From Octopus vulgaris (lineage: Eukaryota), in the NCBI GenBank assembly GCA_951406725.2, contig OX597817.1:145514001-145578000 (forward strand): a stretch of 64,000 nucleotides of DNA. Reading direction: 5' to 3'. Shown in pieces: positions 24,301 to 34,229 of this stretch. The number at the start of each line of letters is the position of its first letter. Position 1 is the stretch's first letter. The notes below the pieces were generated by a model, which was given only the letters and a program-made list of their open reading frames with translations, was not told the origin of the DNA and ran no database searches. Both the position numbers and the translations under genes were made by a program.

Positions 24301-26694
24301 AAAATATTCATATCATTGAAATCTTGAAGCTACAAAAATGCAGGATTAATTCAAAACAATGTGAATAAAAAACCATCACATTTGACGGAGTAAATTGAAT
24401 GCTAAATGGTTAAACAGCTCCTGTTATGGAAGTTACCTGTGTAAAATTTAAGTTTGTCTTTTTTTCCAGCAACATATGATGTCAAGTCAAGAAGCATCTG
24501 TAACCTTGCTGCAGACACCCGAGAGTATCATATTGCAGTAGTTGAGGTAATGAATTTTTTTTTTTTTAATATGTTTCATTAGACTGAAGCCAATTTAGAT
24601 ATTTTACCTGTTCTAGTCATTAGACTACACCCATGCTGGGGCACTGCCTTAAAGTATTCTTGGTTGAATGAATTGACTCCAGCACTTTTTCTGTTTTGTA
24701 AGCCTAGTACATATTGTATTGGTCTCTTTCACTGAACTGCTAAGTTATAGAGACATAAACACATCAATGCTTGTTGTCAAGTAGTGGTGGGGGATGGAGG
24801 ACAAACACAGATAAAAAGGGGCATGGGCACACACCACATGTTTGTGTGTGTATGTATATATATCCTATTCTACTCTAGGCTCAAGAATTATTATTTTATT
24901 TTCAAATTTTCCTTCTAGACTCAACAATATGGTGATACAAATGTTGAAGAAAATGTCTGCAGATTGTATGAGATTGGCAAATTAAAAGATGATGACGATG
25001 ACCAAGTGAGTGGCTTGCATATTTTATGTTTTGGGTGGAGCGATTTATTTTACAGAAGTTAAAATACGATTTTGGTTGGGGAGCTAGAGATCCCTAGTAT
25101 TGATTTAACTTGAATTTAATTACCTTGTCATTTTTAGGGTGATGATGATGATGATGATGAAGATGAGGGAATTGACGATGATGATGATGACGATGATGAA
25201 GATGATGACATTGTCCATGTATCAGCTTTAGGTGATGGATCAAGTGATATAGAAGGTACTTTTCTTTTTTTTTTTTTTTCTAATTATATGCTTATCAGTG
25301 AATTACTTGGTGACCTTACTAGTGCCAGGGCCGCAAAAAAAGCACTCAATACACTCTGTAAAGTGGTCAGCATTAGAAAGAATATCCAGTCGTAGAAACC
25401 ATGCTAAAGTAGACATTGGAGTTCAATGCATGACAGGGTCCAACTTGTCAGATCCTATCAAACCATCCAACACAGAATATGGACATCACATGATGATGTT
25501 TTCTGTGACAGTTTTTTTATAAGGGTTGAGGGGATTGTCAAACAGGCAGGCAAACAGCCTTGTTTAGTAAGCTAAAATGGTTTATCAACTTATTGAACAC
25601 CACGGGGAAGATGCCCTCCCTGTCACCAGCCCTCACCTTCAAGCAAGATAATATTTCTCCATGGAAGACTGAAAATGAACATCATTTGTATGATGGTGAT
25701 GCTAATTACCGTCATCATATGATGTCAAGACAAGGGTTCTCTTTTTTCTCTCTCTCTCTCTCTCCCCCATACATACAATGAGCTTCTTTCAGTTTCCATA
25801 TACCAAATCCACTCACCAGGCTATACTATAGTGTTTTCTGCTATAGCAAAGAGTATAGAAGACACTTGCCCAAGGTGCTGTGTAATGGGACTGAACTCAA
25901 AATGACATGGTCGAGAAGTAAGCTTTTTAACTGCATAGCCACCCTGTCTCACCTATGTAGTGTACATATCAACATTGTAAACAAATACCCACTGGTGATG
26001 TCATTATGTAAACAAACAAAGCCACTTAAGCAGGATTTGATTCTTCTTCAGAACAAATGTGTGTGATAATACACAGTCTTGTGTTTTAATAGAGACATGC
26101 CCTCTATGTGTGCAGAACATAAAATGCATTTCACCTACTGTTCAGGAAAGTGAAACTGTCCTGCATGCAATTGTGCAATGCCCCAAGGTGATTGAGCTCT
26201 GGGCTTATGTCGAACACCTGCTATCACATTCGAGAAGAGTACAACTGTCAAGCAAATTTGTAATTAAGATTATTCCGAGAGGAGCAAGCCTGTTTTCTCT
26301 CGGTAGTTGCTGTTGCGAAAGAGGACAAGAGTGAAAGGAATTGCAACAGGCATGTTCATCTCCAAGCCTCGAGCTAATTGATGCTTGAATGGTTCTTTTA
26401 ACATACTGCTGGCACGGGTGCCAATCAGGCAATACTGTCATCAGCAATATGTAGAAAACCTGAATTTTTTTTATTTGTGAAATAAAGTCAGATTATTTGC
26501 AGATTTTTGAATTTTATCATGTTTGGTATGTGACTCATTCATTTTTTTCAGATGATGATGACGACGATGACGATGATGACGACGACGATGATCTTGTTGA
26601 TAATTTGCTTGGTTCTGGCGATGAAAGTGATATGAACGAAAATGACAACGATTTTGACGACAATGTCTTATTTGAACTCTCTTCTGACTTGTGA
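287..26694 (+). CDS. DCAF1: DCAF1/VprBP (CRL4 substrate receptor), 3' portion, 16 coding exons; 5' part lies upstream of window
   Basis: The spliced translation carries motifs I recognise from DCAF1: [104 protein letters not shown], and an Asp-rich tail. All junctions are AG/GT and exon phases are consistent through to TGA at 26692-26694. Confidence 0.95.
1322..4153 (-). CDS. LINE ORF2: APE endonuclease + reverse transcriptase
   Basis: NARSL, TETW, YRPP, GDFN and SDH (APE); [23 protein letters not shown] and YADD (RT); CR1-type C-terminus TRGH...[14 protein letters not shown]. The frame is open upstream of the tracked TTG (4087) into the ORF1 stop region. Confidence 0.95.
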   Translation of the reverse strand, partial: GKLSQNNLPSSTHHHKLRAGYKLLSLNARSLCNKIHLFNAYVRSVDPDFITVTETWAHSLLCDGVFNITGYNLFRKDRTNRRGGGVMVYVRSNFLVIPCADLNESQEEVFFCDVRMTMSTLLLGVVYRPPSYHRDTQLCNVLRAAARKTATYVFIAGDFNHPEIDWETFHWPQSANDFVELVLDSNWSQVVTSPTRGDNTLDLLFTTTPEAVINCTTEEPLGDSDHAMIIANLALAGNKNLNHLQSASFDWKRADWNLYHTELQHPNWREFYNSGDVNTILQSILDSIWAACAASVPRKQKKKNRPKRAIWETSAVRLARRERRTAEREYRLHKSDTNRKKRNKSSNHLKQVTKKAVLEFEQCIAANPDSKVFWKYVHSKQRPHSPVGPLRNPHTNQITDDPKECAELIAECYANIFTVESQNVPSSPSLTANSITTMEFTPAMLRRHLQNKRNYASPGLDGVTYLLLKRGRHFLLHQLSIFFQYCLNNGATPEQWKTASVIPLFKKGDRTSPVNYRPVSLTSCIAKLMESCVRETLWNFWSSHSLIRPSQYGFVPNSSCSDQLVKFLEDITQITDSGSWVDVVYLDFAKAFNSVPHKRLMVKLSAMGVGDDLFNWLKSFILSRKEVVTVLGQHSTPYEMSSGVPQGSVLGPLLFVAYINDIDANLKNATVLKYADDIKLYLEIKRTDPDVYNSFLQSDLDTMQQWITDWQLKLAVDKCTTMHFGRKNPAFTYSLHNTDIKKSSCERDLGITVSSDLRWSKHISKIVRKAEGVLASLSRSFVSRSPAIYLKLYTAMVRPHLEFASSVWNPYLAQNIDLLESVQRRATKRIPSIRHLPYSERLVSLGMDSLKLRRLATDLVNTHKVINHLTNNNTEHLFDLHVSNTRGHAYKVRKQYSSHDFRKHFFTLRVAEAWNKLPASVVDCHDTASFKALMLSEIRRNFT
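4144..5043 (-). CDS. LINE ORF1 with polyQ/NQPQPE repeats, coiled-coil and RRM-like C-terminal part
   Basis: 299-codon open frame directly upstream of ORF2; [16 protein letters not shown] resembles the CR1/Jockey-group ORF1 motif. No ATG start; an in-frame TGA lies just upstream. Confidence 0.8.
5237..5433 (+). CDS. DCAF1: DCAF1 exon (ANQAANAR...[30 protein letters not shown])
   Basis: tttag/gtaagt boundaries; conserved DCAF1 motif. Confidence 0.92.
6461..6536 (+). CDS. DCAF1: DCAF1 exon ([25 protein letters not shown])
   Basis: tttcag/gtacgt; phase 2-0. Confidence 0.9.
6598..7060 (-). mobile_element. RTE-tail family repeat ending in (GAT)n; about 20 copies in window (e.g. 12457, 18410, 19101, 20640, 21085, 23857, 39150, 41897, 53240, 53997, 58170, 62610)
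   Basis: Shared core tttaacgtccg.tttccatgctagcatggg...ctacagctggatgcccttcctaacgccaaccac; a related sequence forms the 3' end of the decayed RTE at 45478-47440. Confidence 0.8.
7455..7838 (+). mobile_element. Non-autonomous Helitron
   Basis: A|TC start; GC-rich subterminal hairpin (cctgagcaacgccggg) and CTAG|T end, shared with 11772 and 34230. Confidence 0.75.
8011..8072 (+). CDS. DCAF1: DCAF1 exon ([20 protein letters not shown])
   Basis: atatag/gtttgt; phase 0-2. Confidence 0.88.
9070..9133 (+). CDS. DCAF1: DCAF1 exon ([21 protein letters not shown])
   Basis: tttcag/gtaagt; phase 2-0. Confidence 0.9.
9345..10130 (-). pseudogene. Decayed RTE-like LINE 3' fragment
   Basis: ORF 9854-10126 has IADD..L...[18 protein letters not shown] (RT C-terminal motifs); (GAT)n tail near 9340. 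Confidence 0.65.
10205..10548 (+). mobile_element. Helentron-associated (DINE/HINE-like) element; second copy at 40912-41274 on - strand
   Basis: ttattacctccacc...ggcagaggt subterminal inverted repeat, (TGTT/TGTC) microsatellite, 3' ggcagagg..ctctctgagtactcttgtt end; two copies in the window. Confidence 0.6.
10573..10644 (+). CDS. DCAF1: DCAF1 exon ([24 protein letters not shown]), WD40
   Basis: ttccag/gtaagt; 72 nt. Confidence 0.87.
11772..12164 (+). mobile_element. Non-autonomous Helitron (adjacent Helitron-like pieces 10678-11440)
   Basis: A|TC...cccgagcaacgctgggcgatactgCTAG|T; 3' part nearly identical to the 7455 copy. Confidence 0.75.
13474..13530 (+). CDS. DCAF1: DCAF1 exon ([19 protein letters not shown])
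   Basis: ttacag/gtaaat; 57 nt; YNCH motif. Confidence 0.88.
14150..14232 (+). CDS. DCAF1: DCAF1 exon ([27 protein letters not shown])
   Basis: Polypyrimidine tract then aatag; gtaagt donor. Confidence 0.9.
14353..14736 (-). mobile_element. Retrozyme-like unit: 318-bp period, 66-bp terminal direct repeats, internal hammerhead
   Basis: Direct repeats at 14353-14418 and 14671-14736; hammerhead at 14501-14539. Confidence 0.65.
14501..14539 (-). ncRNA. Minimal type-I hammerhead ribozyme
   Basis: Minus strand reads GCA-CUGAGGA-CGGG AAACAA CCCA-GAAA-CCUAG-GUC-UGU: complete core, palindromic stem III ACCUAGGU, GUC cleavage triplet, 3-bp stem I. Confidence 0.75.
14916..15000 (+). CDS. DCAF1: DCAF1 exon ([28 protein letters not shown])
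   Basis: tttcag/gtaagt; phase 2-0. Confidence 0.9.
16729..17322. mobile_element. Foldback/MITE DNA element with about 280-bp inverted arms and 8-bp TSD
   Basis: Ends gatctttaccttttgacctacagat / atctgtaggtcaaaaggtaaagatc; GAATTTTA at 16721-16728 and 17323-17330. Confidence 0.85.
17472..17705 (+). CDS. DCAF1: DCAF1 exon (IYDINTG...[13 protein letters not shown]...EIIINSEV)
   Basis: ccttag acceptor; 234 nt; ends at the U12-type donor GTATCCTTT. Confidence 0.95.
17706..19543 (+). other. U12-type (minor spliceosome) GT-AG intron of DCAF1
   Basis: 5' splice site GTATCCTTT (17706-17714), branch site TTCCTTAAC (19524-19532), CAG at 19541-19543, no long polypyrimidine tract. Confidence 0.92.
19544..19637 (+). 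CDS. DCAF1: DCAF1 exon ([31 protein letters not shown])
   Basis: gttcag/gtaagt; conserved motif. Confidence 0.93.
19949..20242. mobile_element. Asymmetric inverted-repeat insertion with 16-bp TSD
   Basis: About 95-bp arms (19949-20042 and 20091-20185) plus an unpaired tail; aaatatggacaataat at 19933-19948 and 20243-20258. Confidence 0.75.
21657..21755 (+). CDS. DCAF1: DCAF1 exon ([32 protein letters not shown])
   Basis: cttcag/gtaagt; phase 1-1; FRTF..DY motif. Confidence 0.88.
21905..22282 (-). mobile_element. tRNA-derived SINE family B (about 380 bp); other copies at 17760, 27688, 28428, 31362, 32459, 36680, 50930, 54595, 59043
   Basis: Head gtggctgtgtggtaag...gggttcagtccc (A/B-box-like), central (TG/TA) tract, tail actgaaacaagtaaaagagta. 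Confidence 0.85.
24470..24546 (+). CDS. DCAF1: DCAF1 exon ([25 protein letters not shown])
   Basis: ttccag/gtaatg; phase 1-0. Confidence 0.88.
24919..25005 (+). CDS. DCAF1: DCAF1 exon ([29 protein letters not shown])
   Basis: ttctag/gtgagt; VCRLYE.G motif. Confidence 0.9.
25138..25255 (+). CDS. DCAF1: DCAF1 exon, acidic tail
   Basis: ttttag/gtactt; in-frame poly-Asp/Glu; phase 0-1. Confidence 0.8.
26090..26330 (+). pseudogene. Tx1/L1-like LINE C-terminal zinc-finger fragment
   Basis: CPLC...[22 protein letters not shown] resembles the zf-RVT CCHC motif. Confidence 0.5.
26552..26694 (+). CDS. DCAF1: DCAF1 last coding exon (poly-Asp ...FELSSDL*)
   Basis: tttcag acceptor, phase 1, TGA stop; AATAAA at 26860 and 26940 downstream. 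Confidence 0.82.
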
Positions 26695-26972
26695 TAATTT
26701 CAAAATGGAATATTCATCATGACCAAATTGAATTTGGTTTTTAATCTAAATATATCTCCAAAGTTGTTGCCAACTCAAATATTTTTTACAACATGGATCA
26801 CTCATTGATCCGTCAGTTTGACAACAATTGGGAAAAATTAAAATTTTTTTAATATCTTCAATAAAATATATTAAAAATATAAAAGACAGCATATTTTTGG
26901 AAATGTAAACATTGGATGTCACCATTTTAACATTCTAGAAATAAATAAATAACTATTCATTAAATCCGTCCG

Positions 26973-27008
<36 letters not shown>

Positions 27009-28799
27009 TCCATTATATGTTGCAAATGCAAACTTACTAGGTAAGAAATAGTGGAAATTACTTGAAATCTCTTGTCTCGAAATATTTTCCCTCTTCATAC
27101 AAAAACCAGTCTTTGACACATACGTAAGTGTGATGTTAGATGACATCATATGAGAATATGATAGATGTGTAGAGACAAGCATGATCTGAAGTTACGTAAT
27201 GTTATTTTCAAAGGCAGGTACAGATTCTAAGAGATTATTAGTTGGGTGTTAAATGCGTCGACTGAAATGAACAGGGGAGGCAACTGTGCTGTTATAGATA
27301 TAATGTAAATGGATGTTCTTGGTTGAGGTTAAACATGGTGGCCATTTAGCCTCTCAGATGAGACAGGTGTTGTATAAAATAACTAAAAGTGGGTCGGTGA
27401 ACAATAGAATATTGATTAGGCTCCTTTCGTCGCAAAGTTGCATGTTTTTTTTTTTTTTCAGGATTCATATTTTGCATTTTGGTGTTATGCATGGCTAGCT
27501 GAAATCTCTGTTTCAACAGCCCCTAGCTACATGCATAGGGTGTGAAGTATTCTGTTATCTTGCTATGTTGAAGCTAAGACCTAAGAATTTCTGAAGAGGA
27601 GATGAATTATCGCTTATCATAATGATTGTCAATAGGGGAAATCATCTGTAATAAACAGCCAAACAATTGGTTTCGTTTACATTATCACTTACTCTTTTAC
27701 TTGTTTCAGTCATTTGACTGCGGCCATGCTGGAGCACCGCCTTTTAATCGAGCAACTCGACCCCGGGACTTATTCTTTTGTAAGCCCAGTACGTATTCTA
27801 TCGGTCTCTTTTGCCGAACTGCTAAGTAATGGGGACATAAACACACCAGCATCAGTTGTCAAGCAATGCTAGGGGGACAAACACACACGCATATATATAC
27901 GATAGGCTTCTTTCAGTTTCTGTCTACCAAATCCACTCACAAGGCTTTGGTCGGCCCGAGGCTATAGTAGAAGACACTTGCCCAAGGTGCCACGCAGTGG
28001 GACTGAACCCGCAACCATGTGGTTGGTAAACAAGCTACTTACCACACAGCCACTCCTGCGCCATACTTGTGTATGGTAAATGAATAACTGATGATATTGA
28101 CTAACGAGTGTGATCATTGCCAGAGCAACAAACTGGCCTCCGTGCCAGTGGCACATATAAAGCACTATTCGATTGTGATCGTTACTTGCGTCGCCTTACT
28201 GGCACTTGTGCTGGTAGCACGTGAAAAAACATTTGAGCGAGGTCGTTGCCAGTGCCAATAGTGTTATTTCAGTTAATGATATCTTCAATCTAAGCAAAAG
28301 ACCAGCGTAAGTACTGAACTAACAGGTTTCAACTTTTCCAAAAGGTAATAACAATGCAAATAGTGAAAGCAAGGTAAAGTTGTCGAATCTGTAAATAAAC
28401 AATAATTTTCTGAACAAAACAGGACATAGGCGTAGGAGTGGCTGTGTGGTAAGTAGCTGGCTTACCAACAACATGGCTCTGGGTTCAGTCCCACTGCGTG
28501 GCACCTTGGGCAAGTGTCTTCTGCTATAGTCTTGGGCTGACCAAAGCCTTGTGAGTGGATTTGGTAGATGGAAACTGAAAGAAGCCCATCGTGTATATGT
28601 TTGTGTTTGTTCCCCTAACATCGCTTGACAACTGATGCTGGTGTGTTTATGTTCCTGTAAACTTAGTGGTTCGGCAAAAGAGACCAATAGAATAAGTACT
28701 AGGCTTACAAAGAATAAGTTCTGAGGTCGATTTGCTCAACTAAAGGTGGTGCTCCAGCATGGCCACAGACAAATGACTGAAACGAGTAAAAGAGAGTAT

Positions 28800-30020
28800 A
28801 CCTACACAATTGTGCTCCCATCACCAAATTAGTTTCTTCATAACTTTCAGAAAAATGGATATTTTTTAAACGAAATTTTCAACAAATATGTTTCAGATGA
28901 TGTAGATAACGATTATATTAGAAATTGTTGCAAAAGAATTTTTCTGAAGGTGAGGAGGAGTTTTGGAAAATTCACTCAAGTCAGCTTTGTTGCTGGTTAC
29001 TTTTAGAAAAATAGATATTTTTAAAAGAACTTTTCTACAAATGCATCTCAGATGGTGTAGATTACAATTATATCAGAATTTAATATGATAAAAATTGATG
29101 GGCTTGCATACATTCATACTGACACATCACACATATCTACAAAATGAAATTTGGAATTACGGAAAAAAAATATAATGTGCATCTGTATGTAGGTATGTGT
29201 CCCACCATTTTTATTTTCCCACATTAAATTCCAATATAATCATAATATAATAATAATAATGAAATTATTGTATACAGTGCTCAGGTGCACCACAACTTGT
29301 CAAAAGTGCGTATAAAGCATATGCAGTAATGTACAAATGTCTGGAAAATGAACAGTGTATGAGTCAGATACATGCTTGTGTGTGTATGGAGGGGAGAAAA
29401 TCAGGTGTAGTGTTGGCGAATCTCAGGAAACATGGAAGTTTTGAAGGATGCAGTGCTCCAACAACTAACAACTGATGCCGGCAGTTTGTTCCATGCTTCA
29501 ACAACTCTTAGCGTGAAAAAATGTTTCCGAAAGTCATGGGTGCTGTGCTGTTTTCTGACTTCATAAACATGTCCACGGGTGTTAGACAGATGGAGTTTGA
29601 AAAGGTGCTCAGAGTTATTGTTAGTAAGATGGTTAATAATTTTATGGGTGTCTGCCAAGTCAGTTGCCAGACGTTGGAGTTTCAATGTATCCATGTCCAG
29701 GGAAGTAAGGCATTCAGAATACAGCAAATGCCTGATGGAAGGTATATACCTTCTGAAAGGTATTTGTAAAGAAATTTCTTTAAAAGATACCGATTTTTCT
29801 GAAAGTTATGAGGAAACAAAACCAACTCCAGTGAATTTTCAGAAACTTCTTTCCCCACCCTTGGAAAAAATGTTTTCCCAACAAATTCCAATATAATTGA
29901 AATCTTCCCCATACGAAAAGTATTTGTAGAAGGTTTCTTTAAAAAATATCCATTTTTCTGAAAGTTATGAGGAAACAAATTCAAGAGGCACAATTGTGTA
30001 TGTCCCGAATGGGCGAGGTT
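28800..30020. mobile_element. MITE-like element with long diverged inverted arms, interrupted by a CR1 3' fragment and bordered by a SINE B copy
   Basis: tacacaattgtgc...cataactttcagaaaaatggatattttttaaa at 28803 is the reverse complement of about 29938-30000; internal subrepeats of about 140 bp. Confidence 0.65.
29241..29745 (-). pseudogene. 5'-truncated CR1 3' fragment (sister subfamily, longer 3' UTR)
   Basis: ORF 29401-29727 closely matches the ORF2 C-terminus of the 1322 element; same terminal stem-loop and (ATT)n tail. Confidence 0.9.
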
Positions 30021-30419
30021 ACATAGAAACGACATGCTACATACACCTAATTTACAAATAAACCATCATTTTTACATTAAGTGAATACTGATAATAGAAC
30101 TGAGTTAATTACAGTTTTATGGTATATTTTATAGACATAAAACAGCAGACTTGAGTTTTAGTAAACAAGCAAGGATTTCATACATGTAGTGTAAATAATA
30201 TTTTATGAAGTTGAAATTACTGAGACTAATTAAACTGATTTAATTACTTTTTTAATAGTATATTTTATGAACAAATAAAACAACATAGTTAAGGGTTTTT
30301 GAAGGCATTCAGTGAGTCCAGTATTTAGTTTCTGTGTGGTCCCATCCATTTTGTGTGGAGCTCATTTTTTGCAGGGCTGATGCATAACAGAATCAGTTGT
30401 GAACAAGGGAAAATGTCTA

Positions 30420-31006
30420 CCGGTTGTTCCAACTCCTTATTTTGTGTGTTCAAAACCCACCAAGGTCAAATTTGCCTATGTTCCCTCTATGGTTGATAAA
30501 ATAAAGTACCAGTCAAGTACTCTGAGGTTGTTGGAATCAACTAACCACCTCCTCTTAAAATTGCTGGCCTTGTGCCTAAACCAGAAACCACTACCACCGC
30601 CACCATCATCATCATCATTATTCTACCAAGGTCCACTTTGCCTTTCATCCTTTTGGGATTATTAAATTAAGTACCAGTGAAATACTGGGGTCAGTGTAAT
30701 CAATTGGTCTCCTTACCCCAAATTTCAGACCTTGTGCCTTTAGTTAAAGGGATTATTATTATTATTTATTTTCATTGTTGTTGTTGTGTAAAGCAGCAAG
30801 CCAGAAAATTCGTTAGGTCATTGGATAAAATGCTTAGTGCTAGTTCCTCCAACTCATTATGTTCCAAGTTCAAATTCCACTGAGATCGACTTTGCTTTTC
30901 ATCCTTTTGGGGGTCGATGAAATAAGTACCAGTTACACACTGGGGTCGATATAGTTGACTAGTCCCCTCCCTCAACATTTCAGGCCTTGTGCCTTTGGCA
31001 GAAAGG

Positions 31007-31044
<38 letters not shown>

Positions 31045-31270
31045 CATTATTATGTAAGGCAGTGAACTGGCAGAATCATTAGTACACTGGGAAAAATGCT
31101 TAGTAGCATTTCGTCCATCTTTACGTTCTGAGTTCAAATTCTGCAGAGGTCGACTTTGCCTTTCATCCTTTCAGGGGTTGATAAAATAAGTACCAGTTAA
31201 AGACTGGAGTCAATGTAATTGACTTGTCTCCTCCCCCAAAATTGCTGCCCTTGTGGCAAAATATGAAACT
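30420..31270 (+). repeat. Head-to-tail cluster of SINE A-type copies separated by (ATT)n
   Basis: Four repeats of the gactttgcctttcatcc...aagtaccag...ggccttgtgcc module. Confidence 0.7.
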
Positions 31271-32940
31271 ATTATTATCATTATTATTTTTATTGTTGTT
31301 GTTGTTATTGCTGTGAAAGTGGAAATGGGTGATAGAATTGAGAGAAAAAAATTCTTTCCAGTAGGTGTAAGAGTAGATATGTGGTAAGCAGCTTGCTTAC
31401 CAACCACATGGTTCTGGGTTCAGTCCCACTGCGTGGCACCATAGGCAAGTGTCTTCTACTATAGCCTCAGGCCAACCAAAGCCTTGTGAGCAGATTTGGC
31501 AGATGGAAACTGAAAGAAGCCTGTCGTATATATGTATGTAAGTGTGTGTATATGTTTGTGTGTCTGTGTTTGTCCCCCCAACATCGCTTGACAACAGATG
31601 CTGGTGTGTTTATGTCCCCGTAACTTAGTGGTTTGGCAAAAGCGACCAATAGAATAAGTACTAGGCTTACAAAGAATAAGTCCTAGGGCCGATTTGCTCG
31701 AATAAAGGCAGTGCTCCAGCATAGCCACAGTCAAATGACTGAAACAAGTAAAAGAGAGTATTTAGTATAGTGAATTCAAACATTGCTTTTTTCATCCACC
31801 CATTGTTGGTGAAATAAATAGCAGACATATATTAGTGGTCAATTTAATCAACTAACGCCCTCTTTCACCACCCCGAAAAACAGTGAAAAATTGCTGTTTC
31901 ATGCTGCTTGATAGAAATTTCTGTTATTAAGGCAGCGAGCTGGCAGAATCGTTAGTACGCCGGGCAAAATGCTCAGCATTACTTCGTCTGTCGTTACGTT
32001 CTGAGTTCAAATTCTCTTTCATCCTTTTGGGGTCGATAAATTAAGTACCTGTTAGGCACTGGGGTCTGTGTAATTGACTTAATCCCTTTTTCTGTCCTTG
32101 TTTGTCCCCTCTATGTTTAGCCCCTTGTGGGCAATAAAGAAATAAGAAATTTCTGTCATAAAAACAGGGAATTAACAGAAATAGTTGTTTGCCAAAATCA
32201 AATGTTTTATAGTTTTGAAAGAGCAATATAGATTGGAAATCGGTTAGAATTGGAAGAGCATATGACAAAATGCTTTGAAGTATCAAAACCTTGTTGGCAA
32301 ACTGATGTATTTCACCCTTTCATGGTCAAAAGAATCCCTAATAGCCAAGAACAGAAGATGACTTAGTGAACTGTCAACATACCTATCAGAAATCTATTCC
32401 GCCTCATTTTTGTTTCTTCATAACTTGCAGAAAAGATATTTTCTTAGTGAAATTTTCTGTGGCTGTGTAGTAAGAAGCCTGCTTCCCAACCACATAATTC
32501 CAAGTTCAGTCCCACTGCATGACACTTTGGATAAGTGTCTTCACTTACTATAGCCTTGGGCTGACCAAAGCCTTATGAGTAGATTTGGTAGACGGAAACT
32601 GAAAGAAGCTTATCATGTGTGTGTGTGTGTCTCCTACCATCACTTGACAACCGATGCTGGTGTGTTTACATCCTCATAACTTAGTGGTTCAGCAAAAGAG
32701 ACCAACAAAATAAGTACTAAGCTTTCAGAGAATAAGTCTTGCGGTCAATATGTTCCACTAAAACCCTTTAAGGCAGTGCTCCAGCACGGCCACAGTCAAA
32801 TGACTGAAACAAGTAAAAGAATAAAATAAAATAACCTGAAAGCAATTATACCAAAGAGTTAAAACCAAGCTGAAAATTGTGTTCAAGAATTTGTTACTGC
32901 AGCGACAAAGAATCAGTTCAATGAATGGGTTACAGTATAT

Positions 32941-33170
32941 ATTTCTTTATTGCCCACAAGGGGCTAAACATAGAGGGGACAAACAAGGACAGACAAACGG
33001 ATTAAGTCGATTATATTGACCCCAGTGCGAACTGGTACTTTATTTATCAATTCCGAAAGGATGAAAAGCAAAGTTGACCTCGGCGGAATTTGAACTCAGA
33101 ACGTAACGGCAGACGAAATACGGCTACGCATTTTGCCTGGCGCGCTAACGTTTCTGCTAGCTCGCCGCAT
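32941..33170 (-). mobile_element. SINE family A, full length, 16-bp TSD
   Basis: aatgggttacagtata at 32924-32939 and 33171-33186. Confidence 0.85.
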
Positions 33171-33611
33171 AATGGGTTACAGTATAAAGATTCTGAGGTG
33201 GTCGAGGGAGGGGCCGAGGGTAAGAGGAAAGGAATGGAAGGAAGAGAGAAATTATGTAATAGAGGGAGGGAGATAAAGTGTTGTAAGGGGCGGGGGAGAG
33301 AAGTGTTGCAATAGAGGAAATGGGTGGGGAAGAGAGAGAGTTGAGGAGAAGAGGGAGAGAGAAGTGATGTAAGAGAGAGAGTTGAGGAGAAGAGGGAGAA
33401 AGAAAAATGTAAGGAAGGGAGATAACTGTTTGTTTATCTCGCCCAATTCTTTCATAACTTGCAGAAAAGATATTTTCTTAGTGAAATTTTCTGTGGCTGT
33501 GTAGTAAGAAGCCGCCTTACTTCGGACAGATACCTCTATGGAACCACTTTTACCAACTCAGACCAATTCTAACCACTTCAAATTCTTCTAATTAATTTAT
33601 ATTTCACTAAG

Positions 33612-33995
33612 ATGTCTAACTATTCCATTACTAGACTCGTGAGTTTGTTTACACTCGCCTGTCTGGTAATTAATATTACAAAAGGAGATGTTCCTGAAAA
33701 ACCCAGTTGCGGCTGTTCTACGAGCCGGGGTCAATGTGGACAAGAAACAAATTCCGAAGAAAACAGTAAATATTCCTCAGAAGCAAATAGTCCCAGTTCT
33801 TCCATCCCACACACGGAAGAAATGTCATTCATTCCAGCAGGAAAGTTTCAAATGGGTACAAATAGACCGGTATTTGTCGCCGATGGAGAGGGTCCAGAGA
33901 GAGAAATAGAGATAAAATCATTTTATATGGATATTCATGAAGTTAGTAATGCAGAATTTGAAAAGTTTGTGAATGCAACCGGTTACGTTACTGAG
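33612..33995 (+). CDS. SUMF1: SUMF1 / formylglycine-generating enzyme, coding exon 1
   Basis: Hydrophobic signal peptide, SCGC motif, IPAGKFQMGT..DGEGP.R..I.SFYMD.HEVSNAEFEKFVNATGYVTE (FGE-sulfatase domain start); donor gag/gtaaaa. Confidence 0.93.
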
Positions 33996-34229
33996 GTAAA
34001 ATATAACTACAGTGTTTTTTGCTTTTAAATGCATGTAGCGGCTGGAGCAACGGGTACGGGTCTATTGGAGTAAGGAATTGGTCAGATTAGATTGTTATTC
34101 GATAATTCCATATACAGTAATCCCTCAACTATCGCAAGTCCAAAACCCCCCGCGATTAGTGAAAATCCGCGAAGTAGAAAAAGTATTGTACTATATATAT
34201 TTTTAATTTTTATAATTTGTATATATTTA

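Noticed and set aside
25138-26592. (GAT)n runs resembling RTE tails
   Set aside because: They are in-frame, splice-site-bounded poly-Asp exons of DCAF1.
32417-33513. 63-bp direct repeats as TSD or LTRs of a 1-kb element
   Set aside because: The SINE continues uninterrupted after the first copy, and there are no TG..CA termini or PBS.
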